Source: Squalus acanthias
Lineage: Eukaryota
Assembly (NCBI GenBank): GCA_030390025.1
Contig: JASTWF010000034.1
Location: 1,116,001-1,180,000, forward strand
Length of the DNA stretch: 64,000 nucleotides
Reading direction: 5' to 3'
The position numbers and the translations under genes were made by a program. A model generated the notes under the pieces. The model was not told the origin of the DNA, searched no databases, and saw nothing but the letters and a program-made list of their open reading frames with translations. Positions 63,128 through 64,000 of the stretch are shown here, in pieces; within the stretch, counting starts at the first letter, position 1, and every line of letters begins with the position of its first letter.

Positions 63128-64000
63128 CTACCCATCTAACCAAACCGTCTTGTAGCCTGAGGCATTCGTCCTCGCTTTTTACCACTCCACCAATTTTCGT
63201 GTCATCTGCGAACTTGCTGATCATACCTCCTACATTCATATCTGAATCATTAATGTACACTACAAACAGCAAAGGTCCCAGCACCGATCCCTGCGGTACA
63301 CCACTGGACCCAGGCATCAAATCACAAAAACATCCTTCGACCATCACACTCTGCCTCCTGCCACTAAACAAATTTTGGATCCAATGTGCCAAATTGCCCT
63401 GGATCCCATGGGCTCTTACCTTCTTGACCAGTCTCCCATGTGGGACGTTGTCAAAAGCCTTACTGAAGTTCATGCAGACGACATCAACTGCACTACCCTC
63501 ATCCAGAAACCTAGTCACTTCAATCAAATTGCTTAGAACTGATCTCCCCCTTCCAAAGCCATGCTGACTATCCTTGATCAATCCTTGCCTCTTCAAGTGT
63601 AGACTAACTCTGTCCCTCTGAATTTTTTCCAAGAATTTCCCTACCACTGATGTTAGGCTCAATGGTCTGTAATTCCATGGTTTAATCCTACGAACCTTCT
63701 TGAATAATGGTACTACGTTAGCTGTTCTCCAGTCATCTGGCACCTCCCCTGTGACCAGAGAGGTTCTGAAAATTAGTTTCAGAGCCCCTGCAATCTCCTC
63801 CCTTGCCTCACACTGCAGCCTGGGATACATCCCGTCAGGACCTGGGGATTTATCCACTTTTATGCCCGCTAAAACCGCAATACCTCCTCCCTCTCAATAC
63901 TAATTTATTCAAGTATACCACAATCGCCCTGCCTGATTTCTATGCCTACATCGTCCATCTCCATAGTGAACACAGATGCAAAATATTCATTTAAAACCTC

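Larger units (their letters stand above)
56510..64000 (-). mobile_element. CR1 host element in three pieces (about 56510-57184, 58690-58850, 63128-64000)
   Basis: Consecutive ORF2 sequence resumes across two plus-strand insertions; ORF 63003..63857 carries RT motifs. Confidence 0.75.

Overview
This is eukaryotic, transposon-saturated DNA, most likely from a cartilaginous fish (shark-type CR1/L2 LINEs, a DeuSINE, Penelope-like fragments and GPR139-like receptors; the organism is inferred, not shown). Most of the window is nested, decayed CR1 LINEs plus at least seven tandem arrays. Non-TE content: (i) a two-exon class A GPCR pseudogene of the GPR139/GPR142-like type, with decayed exon 1 at 8628-8718, exon 2 at 15136-16038 carrying a 1-bp frameshift, and a dead Harbinger transposon in its intron; (ii) an intact exon 1 of a second paralogue at 52245-52467, whose exon 2 is not in the window; (iii) an orphan kanadaptin (SLC4A1AP) exon with a stop codon; (iv) one unidentified exon-like segment. 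Most notable patterns: tandemly repeated exon-1 ends with their own splice donors in both GPCR paralogues, a 1.6-kb array of YY1-consensus motifs just after the GPCR stop codon, a 5.8-kb satellite amplified in place from 47 bp of CR1 reverse-transcriptase coding sequence, a minimal hammerhead ribozyme in a Penelope-like element, and a putative solo LTR recognised from its nesting. No complete intact host gene is visible. TE boundaries and copy numbers are estimates read by eye.
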